64,000 nt of DNA, taken from contig JARGOP010000012.1 in the NCBI GenBank assembly GCA_029233965.1, forward strand, positions 30,779 through 94,778, in the 5' to 3' direction. Numbering within the stretch: position 1 is the stretch's first letter; every line of letters starts with the position of its first letter. The notes beneath the pieces were generated by a model that did no database searches, was not told the DNA's origin, and saw only the letters and a list, made by a program, of their open reading frames with translations. This DNA comes from Verrucomicrobiales bacterium (GTDB lineage: Bacteria; Verrucomicrobiota; Verrucomicrobiia; Verrucomicrobiales; DEV007). Shown in pieces: positions 34,550 through 46,000 of this stretch. Position numbers and translations under genes: made by a program.

Positions 34550-37048
34550 ATGAAACGTATTCTGTCTCATCAGAGTGCGGCCTGTTTCGCTCGATTCGCG
34601 AAAGCATCAGCAGTCTTCGGACTGCTGGTTGCTCTTTTCGCAGGATCGGCGCTTGAGGCTGCCTCGCCTGACCTTCAAAACACGACTCCCCGCGGAGCAC
34701 AGCGGGGTGTGGAAACGAGGGTGACTTTTTTCGGTAATCGACTGGAGGACGCCGAGGAGATCATTTTCCATTATCCCGGTATCACTGCGAAGGATCTTCA
34801 GGTGATTGACAGTCGAAAGGTAGAAGCCACACTCGTCATCGCACCCGACTGTCGTCTGGGCGAGCACCACGTTCGCGTCCGGTGTAAGAGCGGCATGAGT
34901 TACGCACGTAATTTCTGGGTTTCTCAGTTCCCGAATGTCGATGAAGTGGAGCCGAACGATGACTTTGATGCGCCTCAAAGAATCGATCTCAATGTGACGA
35001 TTGAAGCAGAGGCGAAGCCGGAGGAGACGGATTACTACCTCGTTTCAATGAAGAAGGGGCAGCGCCTCTCGGTTGAGGTGGAAGGGCTTCGGATCAACAA
35101 TATTGTGAACAACATCGCGATCGATCCCTTTGTATCCATTCTGAACAAGAATCGCTTTGAGATTGCTTCAGCCGACGGATCGGCGCTTTTGAAGCAGGAG
35201 TCAGTCCTTTCCGTCCTGATTCCCGAAGATGGAGATTACATCGTCGAAGTCCGCGATTCGGCGTATCAGGGGCGGGGTCGCTACCGCGCTCACATCGGGA
35301 CTTTTCCTCGCCCTGCCGCTATCTATCCTGCCGGTGGAAAGCCGGGTGAAGAGGTTGAGTTTACTCTTATCGGGGACGTGACGGGGGAATACAAAACCAA
35401 GGCTAAGTTGCCGCTGACCACCGAGGAGGGGACTTTTGGAGTTCTCGGGCAGCACGAAGGCCTCTATCCGCCCTCTCCGAACCTCGTTCGGGTGAGTGAT
35501 TACGACAATGTGCTTGAAAGCGGAGAGAATGACGACATGCGCAGCCCGGATCTTGCATCCGTCGGTGTCCTCCCACTCGCGTTCAACGGGATATTGGAGA
35601 AAGAGGGCGACATTGACTACTTCAAGTTCACCGGCAAGAGGGGGCAAAATTACCGCTTCCGGGTTTACGCGAGCGCGATTGGTTCGCCCGTTGATCCTGT
35701 CCTCAATCTTTACGACAGCCAGTTTAAGTCATTGGGTGGCTCGGATGACGCTAATGGAACGAAGGACAGTCAGGTTGATTTTAAGCCGACCGAGGACGGT
35801 GATTATTTTGTGCGGGTGACCGACATGCTAAAGCGTGGTGGTACCGATTTTGTCTACCGAATCGAGTCAGAGGCCTTTACTCCTGCAATTGAAGTAACCA
35901 TGCCTGAGATGCTGCGGCGCAACCTTCAGTATCGAAAGCAGTTCGATATTCCGCGGGGAGGCTATTACTCCATGGTCGTCAATACGACGCGAAGGAATAT
36001 GTCGGGAGATTTGGTTTTCGACCTGCCTTCGCTTCCTCCGGGAGTGACCTGGGAGTCGGGTACCATTCCGAGGACAGTGAGCCAGTTTCCAATTTTGCTG
36101 AAAGCGGCTCCTGATGCTCCGATCGGGGGAGGGATGTACACCTTGAAGGTGAAAAACACTGACGAAAAATCTCCGGTGGAAGGCACTTTCACGCAGGCCC
36201 TGGATCTCGTCCGGGGACCGCAGAACGGTGTCGAGTACTATACTCGCTATCATGACAAGCTTCCTGTTTCTGTTGTCGAGGAAATTCCCTACAGCATCAC
36301 GATTGACCAGCCGAAGTCACCTCTTGTGCGTGACGGGACGAAGAAGTTGAAGATCCGCGCGCACCGGAAGGACGGCTATGACAAAAAGATCACCGTGAGG
36401 CTGCTCTGGAAGCCGCCGGGAATCACAAGTCCTTCGACAATGACCTTCGGCGAAAAGGATACGGAGCTGGAGTATGAGCTGAATGCGAATGCCTCGGCTG
36501 AAATCAATACGTGGAATATCAACGTCGTTGCTGAATCAGACGCCGGAAAAGGGGTCATGATGACGGCTTCCCCGTTCGTGGAGCTCTCTGTCGAGGAACC
36601 TTTCGTCGGGATGAAACTCTCCATGGCAACTGCGAAGCAGGGCGAAGCAATTGATATGCTCGCCGAAGTCGAGAATCTTCGCGAGTTCGAAGGTCAGGCA
36701 GATGTACAGCTCTTTGCAGTTCCGGCTCATGCCACCGTTCCGGTTGTGAAGATCGACAAATCGACGTCCGATCTCAAGTTGCCGATCCAAACTACGGATA
36801 AAACACCGGTGGGTCAGCACAAGAATCTCTTTTGCACCGTAACTCTTATGCACAATGGCGAACCTGTGGTTCATCGGGTCGGGATGGGCGGTGTCTTCCG
36901 CGTTGATCCGAAGCCGAAAGAGCCGGTTGCTGCGAAGCCGGTTGCCGAGGAGAAGAAAGTGGTGGCAAAAAATGAGCCTGCCGAGAAGCCGCTTTCCCGC
37001 CTTGAGCAACTCCGTCTCGAAGCGCAGAAAGAAGCTGCCGCTCAGTGA
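34550..37048 (+). CDS. Exported protein with two pre-peptidase C-terminal (PPC)-like domains (832 aa)
   Basis: Hydrophobic leader. Two PPC-like modules: VEPNDDFDAPQRI...DYYLVSMKKGQRLSVEV...DPFVSILN...DGDYIVEVRD and SGENDDMRSPDL...DIDYFKFTGKRGQNYRFRV...DPVLNLYD...DGDYFVRVTD. Lys/Pro/Glu-rich tail. Starts 27 bp after DUF1501. Confidence 0.75.
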   Translation: MKRILSHQSAACFARFAKASAVFGLLVALFAGSALEAASPDLQNTTPRGAQRGVETRVTFFGNRLEDAEEIIFHYPGITAKDLQVIDSRKVEATLVIAPDCRLGEHHVRVRCKSGMSYARNFWVSQFPNVDEVEPNDDFDAPQRIDLNVTIEAEAKPEETDYYLVSMKKGQRLSVEVEGLRINNIVNNIAIDPFVSILNKNRFEIASADGSALLKQESVLSVLIPEDGDYIVEVRDSAYQGRGRYRAHIGTFPRPAAIYPAGGKPGEEVEFTLIGDVTGEYKTKAKLPLTTEEGTFGVLGQHEGLYPPSPNLVRVSDYDNVLESGENDDMRSPDLASVGVLPLAFNGILEKEGDIDYFKFTGKRGQNYRFRVYASAIGSPVDPVLNLYDSQFKSLGGSDDANGTKDSQVDFKPTEDGDYFVRVTDMLKRGGTDFVYRIESEAFTPAIEVTMPEMLRRNLQYRKQFDIPRGGYYSMVVNTTRRNMSGDLVFDLPSLPPGVTWESGTIPRTVSQFPILLKAAPDAPIGGGMYTLKVKNTDEKSPVEGTFTQALDLVRGPQNGVEYYTRYHDKLPVSVVEEIPYSITIDQPKSPLVRDGTKKLKIRAHRKDGYDKKITVRLLWKPPGITSPSTMTFGEKDTELEYELNANASAEINTWNINVVAESDAGKGVMMTASPFVELSVEEPFVGMKLSMATAKQGEAIDMLAEVENLREFEGQADVQLFAVPAHATVPVVKIDKSTSDLKLPIQTTDKTPVGQHKNLFCTVTLMHNGEPVVHRVGMGGVFRVDPKPKEPVAAKPVAEEKKVVAKNEPAEKPLSRLEQLRLEAQKEAAAQ

Positions 37049-37090
37049 TTAAGTAATTTTCGTCCTCCCCCTCACTCACATTCAACAACC

Positions 37091-39922
37091 ATGAGAAACA
37101 TCGCTCGCTTATCGCTTTCCCTTGCTCTGTTTTCGGCTGTTTCCTTAAACGCTGAAGAGAACGCTGCCGGAAAAATTGATTTCGCCAGGGACATCCAGTC
37201 GATTCTGGAGTTCAACTGCGTTCAATGTCACCATGAGCCGAAGGTGAAGGGTGGGCTTCGATTTGACGAATCCGCGCTGTTTTTCAAAGGGGGGGATGGA
37301 GGTCCCGCCCTTGTCAAAGGTGATCCGGATAACTCCCTCATGATCGAGATGGTCGAGTTGCCTCATGACGACATTGATTCAATGCCGCCTGAAGGCCGAA
37401 AGCTCTATGATCACGAGATTGCAAAGTTGCGTCAGTGGATCAAGGAGGGCGCTCACTGGCCTGAAGAGTTGGTGCTAGTTGCGAAGAACGAAGATGATTT
37501 CAAGGGTGCCGAGCCTCTTGCGGACAATGGTAAGAAGTTGGTAAAGCTCGAAGCTTTTCCGAAGGACATTAATCTTGAGAAAAAGCGGGACAGCCAGTCG
37601 GTGGTCGTCATGGCGACTTACGATGATGACACCACGGTTGATGTCACGAGGAATGCGACCTTCAACTTTGAAGATCCTTCGCTGATTGATCTAAAGACGA
37701 GGAACCATTTTATCCCGGTCAAAGATGGATCGACCAAGCTGACGGTGAAGGTGGCGGAACACTCGGTTGAGTTGCCGGTCACGGTGACGGAAGCGGCCGT
37801 GGATCGTCCGATCAGTTTCAATCTCGATGTGATGCCGGTCTTCATGCGTGAGGGCTGCAATACGGGCGCCTGCCACGGCTCCGCCCGCGGACAGGATGGA
37901 TTCATGCTTTCCCTCTTCGGTTATGATCCGGACGGGGACCACTTCAGACTCACCCGTGAGTTGGCCGGATACCGAATTAACCTGGCGATTCCCGAGGAAT
38001 CACTCCTTGTCGAAAAATCCATCGAAGCGGTTCCGCACACAGGTGGAAAGCTGATGGAGAAGGGCGGGCATGGCTATAATACGATGGTGGAGTGGATTGC
38101 TGATGGTGCCAGGAACGATGAGAAGGCGGATCTGCCAACGGTGGTTGGGCTTGAGGTATATCCTCCAAAGCTTGTTCTCGAGGGATCGGGTGCTGAGCAG
38201 CAGCTTACCGTTCGTGCGCTCTACTCGGACGGGCACGATCGTGATGTGACTCACCTCGCTGCGTTTGTAACGAACAACGAGCCTACCGCCGCAGTAGACG
38301 AGTGGGGTAAGATCACCGCCGGCAAGCGGGGTGAAGCTTTCATCATGGCCCGCTATGAAACCCAGACGGTGGGTATTCAAACGATCGTGATTCCCGAGGG
38401 GCTGGATTACACCCGCCCTGAGATGACGGAGAACAATTACATTGATGGTTTTGTTCACGATAAACTCCACAAGCTCCGGATGGTGCCCTCCGGGGAGTGC
38501 TCCGATGATGAATTTCTGCGTCGGGTTTCACTCGACATCACGGGCCAGCTTCCGACAGTTGAAGACTACCACGCATTCGTGGGGGATACGGACCCTGAGA
38601 AGCGTGCCAAGTTAGTGGACAAACTTCTTGAACGAAAAGAATTCACCGAAATGTGGGTGATGAAGTGGTCTGAGCTGCTTCAGATTCGTTCCAACAACAA
38701 CATTGCTCTCGGAATTTCCTACAAATCCGCGCTCCTCTACAACGGCTGGCTGCGCGATCAGATTGCAGCGAATACGCCTCTGAACGAGTGGGTCATCGAC
38801 TTGATTGGATCTCAGGGCGGCACCTTTGCCAATCCTGCGACGAACTTCTACCAGGTCGAGCGTGATTCTCTGAAGCTCTCCGAGAACGTGGCTCAGGTTT
38901 TCATGGGAATGCGTCTCCAGTGCGCTCAGTGCCATAACCACCCGTTTGACCGCTGGACGATGGATGATTATTACGGCTGGGCTGCGTTTTTCTCGCAAAT
39001 TGGTCGCAAAGAGGGTGTCGATCAGCGTGAGCAAATCATCTACAACCGCGGGAGTGGCGAAGTGAAGCACCTCATTGGGGGGCGCAACATGGAGCCGAAG
39101 TTCCTTGGTGGCGACATTCCTGATGTGAAAGGCAAAGATCGCCGGGTCGTCATGGCGGAGTGGCTTGCCTCGCCCGATAATCCTTACTTTGGCACCAACA
39201 TTGTGAACATCGTTTGGTCACACTTTTTCGGAGTTGGGATTATCGACCCGGTTGATGATGTCCGCGTCAGCAATCCGGCTTCGAATCCTGAACTTCTCGG
39301 GGCCCTCGCGACCCGCTTCGAAGGGGAATACGGCTACGACTTCAAGCAACTCGTTCGCGATATTTGTAACTCGGCGACATACCAGCGAACCACTCAGGCG
39401 ACACCATCGAATAAGGATGATATGAACAATTTCGCCCGGGCCCGGGTCCGCCGCCAGCGCGCCGAGGTCATGCTGGATACCATCACTCAGGTCACGGAGA
39501 CGAAGAATAAGTTCAAAGGCCTTCCTCTCGGCTCCCGTGCTGTTCAAATCGCGGACGGACAGACGACCGATTATTTCCTCACAACCTTCGGTCGCGCAAC
39601 ACGCGAGACGGTTTGTTCGTGTGAAGTGAAAATGGACCCGAGTCTTTCCCAGGCCCTTCACTTGTTGAACGGGCCAACCGTGACAACAAAGATTGAGCAG
39701 GGGAGTGTCGTGAAGACCCTTCTCGCTGAGGGCAGGACTCCTGCCGAAATTATCGAAAACGTCTACATCCGGGCGTTTACGCGAAAGCCGACCACTGAGG
39801 AAATGAAGCAGTTGATGGCACAAGTGAATGCGGTGGGAGAAGACAAAGCTCAGGTGGAACTCGTTCTCAACGATGTTTTCTGGGCCGTTTTGAACTCGAA
39901 GGAGTTCATGTTTAATCATTGA
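37091..39922 (+). CDS. PSCyt-motif / Big_2 / DUF1549 (PSCyt2) / DUF1553 (PSD1) protein (943 aa)
   Basis: Signal peptide. CVQCHH at 37217..37231. Two Ig-like Big_2-type modules. DUF1549-type RRVSLDITGQLPT. DUF1553-type CAQCHNHPFDRWTMDDYY at 38921 onward. Starts 42 bp after the preceding gene. Confidence 0.9.
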   Translation: MRNIARLSLSLALFSAVSLNAEENAAGKIDFARDIQSILEFNCVQCHHEPKVKGGLRFDESALFFKGGDGGPALVKGDPDNSLMIEMVELPHDDIDSMPPEGRKLYDHEIAKLRQWIKEGAHWPEELVLVAKNEDDFKGAEPLADNGKKLVKLEAFPKDINLEKKRDSQSVVVMATYDDDTTVDVTRNATFNFEDPSLIDLKTRNHFIPVKDGSTKLTVKVAEHSVELPVTVTEAAVDRPISFNLDVMPVFMREGCNTGACHGSARGQDGFMLSLFGYDPDGDHFRLTRELAGYRINLAIPEESLLVEKSIEAVPHTGGKLMEKGGHGYNTMVEWIADGARNDEKADLPTVVGLEVYPPKLVLEGSGAEQQLTVRALYSDGHDRDVTHLAAFVTNNEPTAAVDEWGKITAGKRGEAFIMARYETQTVGIQTIVIPEGLDYTRPEMTENNYIDGFVHDKLHKLRMVPSGECSDDEFLRRVSLDITGQLPTVEDYHAFVGDTDPEKRAKLVDKLLERKEFTEMWVMKWSELLQIRSNNNIALGISYKSALLYNGWLRDQIAANTPLNEWVIDLIGSQGGTFANPATNFYQVERDSLKLSENVAQVFMGMRLQCAQCHNHPFDRWTMDDYYGWAAFFSQIGRKEGVDQREQIIYNRGSGEVKHLIGGRNMEPKFLGGDIPDVKGKDRRVVMAEWLASPDNPYFGTNIVNIVWSHFFGVGIIDPVDDVRVSNPASNPELLGALATRFEGEYGYDFKQLVRDICNSATYQRTTQATPSNKDDMNNFARARVRRQRAEVMLDTITQVTETKNKFKGLPLGSRAVQIADGQTTDYFLTTFGRATRETVCSCEVKMDPSLSQALHLLNGPTVTTKIEQGSVVKTLLAEGRTPAEIIENVYIRAFTRKPTTEEMKQLMAQVNAVGEDKAQVELVLNDVFWAVLNSKEFMFNH

Positions 39923-39956
39923 TACCTCCGGATCATTCTGAGATTATCTTCTCCTC

Positions 39957-39988
39957 AAAAAAGCGGCTCATGGCGAGCCGCTTTTTTT
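39957..39988 (+). terminator. Rho-independent terminator
   Basis: AAAAAAGCGGCTC (39957..39969) pairs with GAGCCGCTTTTTT (39976..39988) across the loop ATGGC. It lies 35 nt after the stop of the DUF1553 gene. Confidence 0.75.
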
Positions 39989-40095
39989 GTGCTTTGGCAG
40001 AACTGGACGTTTCCTTGCATATTCTTTACAACTTCAGGCTCATGCATTCGTCGTTCTCTGCGTTATAAAAGCAATGCAACAACCAGGCTGCCTTC

Positions 40096-43000
40096 ATGAA
40101 AACCCCATTACCGCTTCGCTCGATTCGTCACGTCGTCCTCTCTGGAGTACTGATTCTGATTTCCTTCTCGATTATGAAGACAACGGCCGAAGAAGGGTTC
40201 GATTTCCTTGAGCGATTTGCCCTCGCTGAAGACCGTGGAGCGGTCCTCAATGAGTTGGTTCCCGGTACGGAGGAGTTTTACTACTATTCCGCGTTGCACG
40301 CGCAACAGGAGAAGCGGTTCGATGATGTCGTGGCGCTTCTTGAGCCCTGGATTAAACGGCATGGGGAGACTCCGGGAGTCACGGAGATCAGGCATCGTCA
40401 GGCCCTTCTCGGCTATGAAGTGGATCCTGAAGCCTCGCTGAAATATCTCATCGAGGAACTGGGAGTTCGGTTCGATCACGAACAGGAAAAGCTCGATACG
40501 AAGCCGGATTTCCCGACGAAACTCGACGTAGCCCGGATCGAATGGGATGCCTTTCTGCAGCAGTCAATTCAGCGCAACAGCCTTTCGAAAATCAAAACAT
40601 CAGGCTTTGATCGATTGATTCGGGAGGAAATTCCACTCAATCCAGCGCAGCGTCGCGAACTTCTCAGTCGCCTCGTATTTCCTGATTTTGAAAGGCTCGT
40701 CGGACTGATCGCGGCTGACCTGAGAACTCCGGAGAGCCGGGGCTTTGGCGAGTTCCCGATTCACCTTCAGCTCACGCTTGCACAGCTCGATGAATTGGTC
40801 GGCCTGATGCCTGAACTTGCCAATCATCCCAAATTCGTGGATGCAAGGCTCTTGCGCCTCCGACCGAATGGAGATGTTCTCCTTGAGCACTCCGCGGAGG
40901 AGCGTGCTGCCTATCTCGACCGGCTTTGGGGCTATGTAAGCCAGTTGGCCCCGGCCTTTACTTCGCTCAAGGTTTCCGTTCTGTATCAGCGTCTCCGCGA
41001 GGCTCGTGCCAATGGCGAAGTTCCGCTCGATGAATTTTTGACTTACCTGCGACTGCCGAGGCCTGCGTCCTACATGGCTCCGCGTTATCTGCAGGAGAGA
41101 AATCAGCAGATTGCGATGGCCGATCTCAATGCTGATTTTGCGTCCACAACCGGGTTCCCTCCTGTCGGAAACGATGAAGCCCTCGTTCGGCACTTTCTGG
41201 AAGCTGTGTTTGTCGACGACGAATCCTATCAGCGTTTCAGTCCCTACCTGCGCGAGGACTACCTGAAGCAGGTCTTTGCCGAGACGAAATTGATTCGCGG
41301 GATTGGAGATGCGGCCGACTATTTTTCAATGCTGACGCCCGCGCAGGTTCAGTCGATCCGGGAGCGGGTGGAGATCACATTTCGCCAGGAGAATCCCGAT
41401 GAGTTTACCGCCCGGGATGAGGTAACTTTGAAAGTCGATCTCAAGAACGTCAAAGACCTGATCGTGAAGGTCTACGAAATCAATACGCACAACTACTACC
41501 TCGATCAGCAACGTGAGATCAGCACGGATTTGAATCTGGACGGTCTCGTTGCGAATCAAGAAAAACGGTATCAGTTTGAGCAGGCTTCGCTGATCCGCCA
41601 TGAGGAAAGTTTCACCTTCGATTCCATGCGAGGAAAGCGGGGGGTCTGGGTTGTCGAAATGATCGGAAACGGGATCAGCTCCCGTGCGCTGGTGAGAAAA
41701 GGGAAACTCCAGTATCTTTCCAACACGACACCGGGAGGTGAAATGGTTCAGGTTGTCTCGGAAGACAACGAATGGATCAAGGAAGCATCAATCTGGTTCG
41801 GTGGACGTGTGTATAAGGCTGATGAAGAGGGATCGATACTCCTGCCTTTCTCGAAAGAAGGACGCTCCTCGGTCATCCTGAATGACGGTGAAATCTCAAG
41901 CTTTGCGAGCATAGAGCTTCCACGTGAAACTTACTCTCTCGATGCCGGCTTTTTTCTGGAGCAGGAGTCATTGATTGCGGGCAGAGAGTCAACGGTCATT
42001 GTTAATTCTCAACTGACTCTAAACGGGGAACCGGTCTCGGTGACACTGCTGGAGAATCCAACGCTGCGCATACAGACGACGGACGCTGATGGCGTCGATT
42101 CCATTGTCGAAGTGGAGTCTTTTGACCTGTTCGATGATCGCGAGTCTGTCCACACTTTCCGTGTCCCGGCACGACTTCAAAATATTGCGGTATCGCTTGA
42201 AGGAACACTTCCTCTCGTCAGTGAGGCGGGTGAGTCTCCGGTTCTGACAAGTGAGCGTAATTTTCCGGTGAACGGCATCGATACCGAAAGTCAGGTTTCG
42301 GACCTCTTTCTCAGTCGTTTTGAAGACGGCTATCGGATCGAAGTCCTCGGAAAATCCGGAGAGCCGATTGCTGACCGTCCGGTCACGCTCGTGCTGGCTC
42401 ATGAGGATTTCATGCAGCCCCTTTCAGTGGTGTTGAAATCCGATCCCGCTGGTGTTGTTCGACTGGGAGAACTCGAAGGAATTGCTTTTCTGGAAGCCCA
42501 GTCGCAGGGAACCCGGCAGCGTAGCTGGGCGATCCAGAACGGTCGCTATTCTCACTCAGGTTCGATCCATGCGGTCGCCGGGGAGACGGTGATGGTACCA
42601 TTATCCCGGCCGCCTGCGGTATTGTCGCGCAGCGATTTCGCCCTCTTTGAAGTTCGTTCGGGCATTCATGTGACTGACTTTTTCGATAGAGCCACTCTCT
42701 CCGATGCGGCGGTGGAGATTTCCGACCTCAAGGCGGGAGACTATCGCGTCATCCTTCGCCGTGAGGGCAGGGTGATCGATCTTTACGTAACCGCTTCCGA
42801 AACGCAGATCTCCGGATATGCCCTTTCAAAGAGTCGTCACCTGCAACTGTCAGATCGTTCCCCCCTCCACCTGGGTTCAATCGAGCGGGAAGGTGACAAG
42901 TTATTCATCAAAGTTTCGAATGCCGATGAATTTACAAGGGTTCATCTCGTTGCGACCCGTTTTTTACCGGAGTTTGACCCCTACAAGAGTCTCAAGCGGG

Positions 43001-46000
43001 AAATTGAAATGCCTCTTTTCCGCATCACGCGGGGAAGCAATCAGTCGCTTTATCTGTCAGGAAGAGACATCGGGGAGGAATATCGATACATCCTCGATCG
43101 GCGATCTCTGACACGGTATCCGGGGAACATGCTGGAACGGCCCGGATTGCTCCTCAATCCCTGGGAACTTAACGAAACGAGCACGGAGAGAGACGAAGCC
43201 GAGGCTGGTGATGCCTACAAAAAGGGCGCGGATATGAAAGCGGAGAGCCGTACGGCTCCGGGAACCGCGATGGACCGTGCTCCCGTGGAGGAGCCTTTCG
43301 TTGCGATTTCGCCGTCGCTTCAGTTTTTGAGCCAACCTTCGCTGGTTCTGAGCAATCTCGAGCCGGGTGAAGACGGGATCATCGAAGTGGATGGCTCCCT
43401 TCTCGATGGACGTCAGCACGTTCATGTCGTGGCGCTGAACGCCACGACTTCAACATCGCGGCAGTTCGTTGCCCCGGCTCCTGAAGAGGCCGTTCCATTT
43501 CGAGATCTCCGCCTCACTGAGTCCCTCGACAATAAGAAAAGTTTCACGCAGCAGCGAAAAGTGACCCTGCTTGAGACCGGGGAATCGCTCAGGATTGAGG
43601 ACCTCCGCTCCACGGAGATGGAGTTCTATGACACGATCGAAGAAGTCTATTCAGTGCTTTTTGCGATCAACCCCGATCTCAATTTCGCGAAGTTTGGATT
43701 CATCACGAACTGGAATGAGTTGGACGCCGGCAGAAAGCGGGAACTCTACTCGGACCATGCCTGCCATGAGCTGCATCTCTTTCTTGCGAAAAAGGATCCT
43801 GAGTTCTTCACGGAAATTGTGGTTCCTTATTTGAAGAACAAGAAGGACAAGACCTTCATGGATCTTTACCTGCTCGGGGCAAATCTTGAGTCGTTTCTCA
43901 AGCCGTGGGCATTCAGCCGCCTGAATGTGGTGGAGCAGATTTTACTGGGGCAGAGGCTGGGTGGGGCGTTGCAGAAATCGACTGCCGACCATGTCGTGAG
44001 CCTTCATGAATTGATTCCGTCCGACGTGGGGCAGGAGACTTTCTTTTTCAAACAGGCGCTTCGGGGACGGCGTGCCGGTAGCGGGAATGAACTGGTCCAG
44101 GCAATTCCGGGCGGTGGCGGGTTTGGTTTTGCCGATGGTTTTGGTGAAGTCGCCGCCAGTCCGGCCGCTGTGGCCCCGCCGCCACCGGAAGCACTGGCTA
44201 TCATAAGCAGCCGTGGAATGAGCGGCGGGGTGAACCAATTGGCCAATCTCCGCGAACGGGCCTTGAAAGAGCGTCTCTTCCGCCAAATCGAATCCACCAA
44301 AGAGTGGGCGGAGAACAATTACTACGAAATTCCAATCCAGCAGCAAATTGCGGAACTCGTTTCCGTGAACGGATTCTGGAAGGATTTTGCGAACTGGGAT
44401 GGGAACGGGAACTTCTATTCGCGTGAGTTCACTGCGGCAACGCAAAGTTTCACCGAGATGATGATGGCGCTCAGTATTCTCGATTTGCCGTTCACGGCCG
44501 AAGAGCACGAGATCAGGATCGATGATGTCGAGATGACATTCACCGCTAAGTCACCCGTGATTGTCTTTCACGAGGAAATCGAAGAAGCGGAGCGGACCGA
44601 AGAAGGTACGCCGATTCTTGTCAGTCAGAATTTCTATCGGGAAGATGATCGATTCCGGATCGTGGATGGAGAAAGGGAGGACAAATTCGTGAAAGATGAG
44701 TTTTTGACGGGAGTTGTCTACGGAAGTCAGATTGTCGTCACAAATCCGACTTCCTCGCATCATGTTCTGGATATGTTAGTGCAAATTCCGGAGGGAGCGA
44801 TTCCGGTTGCCGGCAGTGACTATACGAAGTCTTATCCTTTTGCGCTTTCCCCGTTTTCGACGGAGAGGTTGGAAGTCTCCTTCTACTTTCCCGGGGTATC
44901 CGGTGAGAGACTCTTCACTTCCTTTCCTGTCCAGGCGGCCAGGGATGAAAAGGTGATCGCAACGGGGAGCGACATGTCATTCAAGGTCGTGGATCGCCTT
45001 TCCCGGGTTGATGAGGCTTCATGGGATTACCTTTCGCAGGAAGGGACGGAAGAAGAGGTGCTTGATTTTCTAAGGAACGAGAACCTCCATCGAATCAATC
45101 TCAGTCGCATTGCCTGGAGAATGCGGGAGAATATTGATTTTTTCAGAAAGGTCACGGCGCTGATTGCGGAACGACATGCCTACGATGACACGCTCTGGAG
45201 CTACGGCTTGTATCACGGCGTCACTGAGGTCGCGCGGGAATATTTGAATCACCAGGGAAACTTTCTCTCCCAGTCGGGACTCTGGATTGACAGTGAACTG
45301 GTGAGTGTTGACCCGGTTGAGCGGCATTGGTATGAGCATCTCGAATATTCACCTCTTGTGAATGCAAGAGCCCATCGACTCGGGCGGGAACAGTCCATCT
45401 TGAATGACCGCTTCTTGAAGCAGTATCAGTCGCAACTGAAAGTCCTGAGCTACAAGCCGGAGCTTTCGCAGGAAGACAGGCTTGCGATCACCGGATACCT
45501 TTTTCTTCAGGATCGCCTTGAAGACGGGTTGGCCTGGCAGGAATCAATCGAACCCGGAGAGTTGGATTCGCGTCTTCAGTATGACTATCTCGCGGCCTAT
45601 GCTGCCTTCTACCGGGAAGACCTCGAGGCCGCCAAAGCAATCGCTGCGAAGTATGTGGACTATCCGGTTGTTCGCTGGGAGAACCGGTTTGCCGAAGTGG
45701 CACGACAGATTAAGGAAGTGTCAGGAGCGGAGGAAGGTGCCGGAGAGGAGGGCTCGATGGAACAACTTTCTTCAACTGATCCGTTTCTTGAGCTCACCGC
45801 AACGGGTCGTGAGGCAGCTCTGAACTTCCGGAATCTCGACGCTATCGAGGTAAACTATTATGAGATGGATCTTGAGTTCCTTTTTTCAAGTAAACCCTTT
45901 GTTTCCGGTGACAGTGGACAGTTTGCCTATATCAAGCCCAACCTGACTGAAGAGAAAAAGCTGCCTGAGCACGGGGGCGCGTTCACCTTTGAGATCCCGG

